Part shown: in pieces, positions 38,025-40,536 of the stretch
Numbering within the stretch: position 1 is the first letter of the stretch
How the letters are laid out: every line of letters begins with the position of its first letter
Assembly (NCBI GenBank): GCA_021819535.1
Contig: JAKAQU010000001.1
Span: 1-40,536, forward strand
DNA length: 40,536 bases
Direction of reading: 5' to 3'
Source: Pseudomonadota bacterium
GTDB lineage: Bacteria > Pseudomonadota > Alphaproteobacteria > Acetobacterales > Acetobacteraceae
Made by a program: the position numbers and the translations under genes
The notes under the pieces: generated by a model
What the model was told of the DNA's origin: nothing
The model's input: the letters and a program-made list of their open reading frames with translations, nothing else
Database searches by the model: none

Positions 38025-38827
38025 CAACCTTGCAATATTCGCTCTGTCTTTCCGGCATCGTGCGGCGTGAGGCGCTGCGCTGGCTCAACCAGCGCGGGCG
38101 CTTCATCTCCGCTCTCGTGCGGCCGCTGGTGTGGCTCGCGATTTTCGCCGCCGGATTCCATTTCGTGCTCGGCGTCTCGATCATACCCCCTTACGAAACC
38201 TATATCCCCTACGAGGTCTATATCGCACCCGGGCTGCTCGCTATGATTCAGCTTTTCAACGGCATGCAGAGTTCACTCTCGATGGTCTATGACCGCGAGA
38301 TGGGCAGCATGAAAACGCTGATGATCAGCCCGTTTCCGCGCTGGTTTCTATTGATCGCGAAATTGCTCGCGGGCGTCGCGGTATCCGTCGTGCAGGCCTA
38401 TATCTTTCTTGCCATCGCCTGGTTCTGGGACATCGAGCCTCCGGTCAGCGGCTATCTCGCGGTGTTGCCGGCGCTCGTTCTCGCGGGGCTGATGCTCGGC
38501 GCGCTCGGACTCGTGCTCTCCTCCTTCATTCGCCAGTTGGAGAATTTCGCCGGCGTGATGAATTTCGTGATTTTCCCGATGTTTTTTACCTCAAGCGCGC
38601 TCTATCCGCTGTGGCGGGTTGCGGAGGCGAGCCCGGCGATCTACTGGCTTTCCGAAATCAATCCCTTTACCCACGCGACCGAACTCATCCGCTTCGCCCT
38701 TTATGACCGCGTCAATGCAGTTTCGGCCGCGATCGTCGCCTTCTATCTCATTGTTTTCGTCGTGCTCGCGGTATGGGGCTATGATCCCGGACGCGGGCTG
38801 ATGGCGCGCCGCGCCGGCGCGGAATAA
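38021..38827 (+). CDS. ABC-2 type permease (LutF/PedC-like)
   Basis: QRGRF.SALVRPL.WL..FAAGF, PPY.TYI.YEVYI.PGL, LFNGMQSSLSMVYDREMGSM, QLENFAGVMNFVIFP.FF.SSALYPLW. Confidence 0.88.
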   Translation: MTTLQYSLCLSGIVRREALRWLNQRGRFISALVRPLVWLAIFAAGFHFVLGVSIIPPYETYIPYEVYIAPGLLAMIQLFNGMQSSLSMVYDREMGSMKTLMISPFPRWFLLIAKLLAGVAVSVVQAYIFLAIAWFWDIEPPVSGYLAVLPALVLAGLMLGALGLVLSSFIRQLENFAGVMNFVIFPMFFTSSALYPLWRVAEASPAIYWLSEINPFTHATELIRFALYDRVNAVSAAIVAFYLIVFVVLAVWGYDPGRGLMARRAGAE

Positions 38828-38838
38828 GAGGTTTTACC

Positions 38839-39459
38839 ATGCTCCGCCGCTTGCTTTTTTCCACCGCTATCCTTCTAACCCTCGCCGCCAAGGCAAACGC
38901 GGCACCGCCCGCCGATCCCGATTGGCCCTGTCAGCAGCGTTTGGTTGCCCATCTCGCCCTCGCCACCTATTGGACCGGCCCGGCGCCGCCGGCGGGAGTG
39001 GATTGGCACAGCGATCAGCGTCTTGCGGCATTGGTGGAGCAGGTTTCGCCGCGCGATGTCAGTGCGGCGGACGGCGCCGCCAATCTCGATGGGTTTGCCA
39101 AGAGCGTGCCGGCAACAGAACGGGCAAAGACCTTGCCGCTCGCCTTTGCCGCGCTCGTGGAACAGACGAATGAAGAACGCGATGCGGTGGTCTCAAGGCT
39201 CAAAGATCTCGCTGTGCGCCAGCGTTCGCTCGCCAAGCGAATCGAAAGCGATGAGGCCGCGTTGCAGGCAATTCCCCCCGATGCGACGGGCGATGCCGCG
39301 GCCGAGCGCGCCGGTATCAGCGAGCGCCACGACCTCCTGGTGCGGAGCTATCACGATATCGGCGAGACCATTCGCTATGCCTGCCAGGTGCCGGGCGATC
39401 TCGATGCGAGGCTCGGCGCTTATGCTCGCGTGCTCGCGGCCCATCTCGATACGAAATGA
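38839..39459 (+). CDS. Exported helical protein (LutG-like)
   Basis: Signal peptide, DPDWPC.QR..........W.GP, C-terminal 'Y.C.VP.....RL'. Position directly after the PedC/LutF-like gene. Confidence 0.65.
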   Translation: MLRRLLFSTAILLTLAAKANAAPPADPDWPCQQRLVAHLALATYWTGPAPPAGVDWHSDQRLAALVEQVSPRDVSAADGAANLDGFAKSVPATERAKTLPLAFAALVEQTNEERDAVVSRLKDLAVRQRSLAKRIESDEAALQAIPPDATGDAAAERAGISERHDLLVRSYHDIGETIRYACQVPGDLDARLGAYARVLAAHLDTK

Positions 39460-39472
39460 GGCCCCTTCCCCG

Positions 39473-40534
39473 TCACAGCCACCAGATCCCGACCAGCAAA
39501 GTGAGGAGAGTGAGCGGCGCGCCGATGATGAAATAATCGGCAAATCTGATCCGCACCCCATCGGCTGCCGCGCGTTGCACGACGATCAGGTTGGCGACCG
39601 AGCCGAGAATGGTGAAATTCCCGGCCAAGGTCGATGCCATGGCGACCACGAGCCAGGCATGCTGCGGATCGGCAAGCGGATCGATGAACGGGCGCAGCAG
39701 AAGCACCGCCGGCACGTTGCTTACGATGTTCGAGAGCAGGGCGACGGCGATCGCGAGCGGCGCGGTCTGGTCGAGATGCCAGGCGCCGGCCATGGCGATC
39801 GCGCGCGGGCCGAAGAACGATGCCTGCACACCGGCGACGACGATGAATAGCCCCGCGAACATGAGCAAAAGTGGCCAGTCGATCTCGGCATAGAACCGCT
39901 CTGGCTTGAGGCGGCCCATGAGCAGCAAAATCCCACCCGCGGCCACTGCCGCTTCGGACGGCGGCATGCCGGCGAAAAGGGCGACGATCAGTGCGATCAC
40001 GACGATCAGCGCCTTGCCCACCAGCGGCATGAAAATCGTGCCCCGTTGCGCCTCGGCCACAAGGTCGATGCGGACGAAAAACTCGCGCCGCCAGACGACG
40101 GCGATCAAACCCGCGGCCAGCAGCAATCCGATCGCCGCGACCGGCGCGAGTGCCGCGGTGAAGGCGCGGTAGGAAATATGCGAAAGACTGCCGATGATCA
40201 TGTTCTGGGGATTGCCGGTGATGGTCGCGACACTGCCGATATTGGACGCGGTCGCGATGGCGATCAGATAGGGCTCCGGCCGGCGCTTGAGACGGCGCAC
40301 GACATCGAGAACGAGCGGCGTCATGACCAGGCAGATCGTGTCATTGACCATGAAAGCGGAAAGCGTGCCCGAAACCGTGATCACTACGACGAGGAGCAGC
40401 AAAGGGTGGCGCGCGCGCGCGACCGCCCAGCCGGCGATGAGACGAAAACCACCGCCAATCCGCAGAGCGGCGACGACAATCATCATGCCGAGCAAAAGTG
40501 CTATGGTATCGAGATCGATCGCGCGATAGGCGGA
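39473..40534 (-). CDS. Anion permease (ArsB/NhaD/CitMHS/SLC13-like), 5'-partial
   Basis: Frame open to the window edge (SAYRAIDLDTIALLLGMM). SAF..NDT, SNIGS.AT.TGNPQN, SNVPA, STLAGN....GS.AN.IV. Confidence 0.85.
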   Translation of the reverse strand, partial: SAYRAIDLDTIALLLGMMIVVAALRIGGGFRLIAGWAVARARHPLLLLVVVITVSGTLSAFMVNDTICLVMTPLVLDVVRRLKRRPEPYLIAIATASNIGSVATITGNPQNMIIGSLSHISYRAFTAALAPVAAIGLLLAAGLIAVVWRREFFVRIDLVAEAQRGTIFMPLVGKALIVVIALIVALFAGMPPSEAAVAAGGILLLMGRLKPERFYAEIDWPLLLMFAGLFIVVAGVQASFFGPRAIAMAGAWHLDQTAPLAIAVALLSNIVSNVPAVLLLRPFIDPLADPQHAWLVVAMASTLAGNFTILGSVANLIVVQRAAADGVRIRFADYFIIGAPLTLLTLLVGIWWL

Positions 40535-40536
40535 GA

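Noticed and set aside
27448-39459. Lanmodulin, LanD or PQQ dehydrogenase genes
   Set aside because: No EF-hand repeats or PQQ-ADH motifs were seen in any ORF in the window.
1-40536. tRNA, rRNA, riboswitch, integrase or transposase
   Set aside because: None recognised by eye. A covariance-model scan would be needed to exclude small RNAs.

Overview
High-GC alphaproteobacterial chromosomal segment. Gene content and an A/T-rich palindromic repeat suggest an acidophilic Acetobacteraceae member (inference). Left to right: partial FUSC-family gene; dapF-mtaB-ftsY; a ~1.04-kb AT-rich two-ORF islet bracketed by a 76-bp direct repeat of the 3' end of a sugar-ABC permease gene; a sugar ABC operon whose ATPase has an extra GAF-like C-terminal domain; two divergent large glycosyltransferases; fhs; a Tat-exported SMP-30/gluconolactonase; gltD-DUF2059-gltB; rph-rdgB-msrB on the minus strand. 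A ~12-kb cluster follows that resembles PQQ-alcohol-dehydrogenase/lanthanide-uptake loci: an MxcQ/PedS2-like sensor kinase, a TonB-dependent receptor, cytochrome c, a NitT/TauT-type ABC transporter, a DUF3280-like protein and a lutABEFG/pedA1A2BC-like ABC system. A partial anion permease ends the window. No rRNA, tRNA, CRISPR array, integrase or transposase was seen. The most unusual items are the integrase-free islet with its two orphan genes, the lanthanide-uptake-like locus with a nested palindromic operator candidate, the ATPase-GAF-like fusion and a probable CTG start codon. All product calls come from motif recognition by eye, not database searches.
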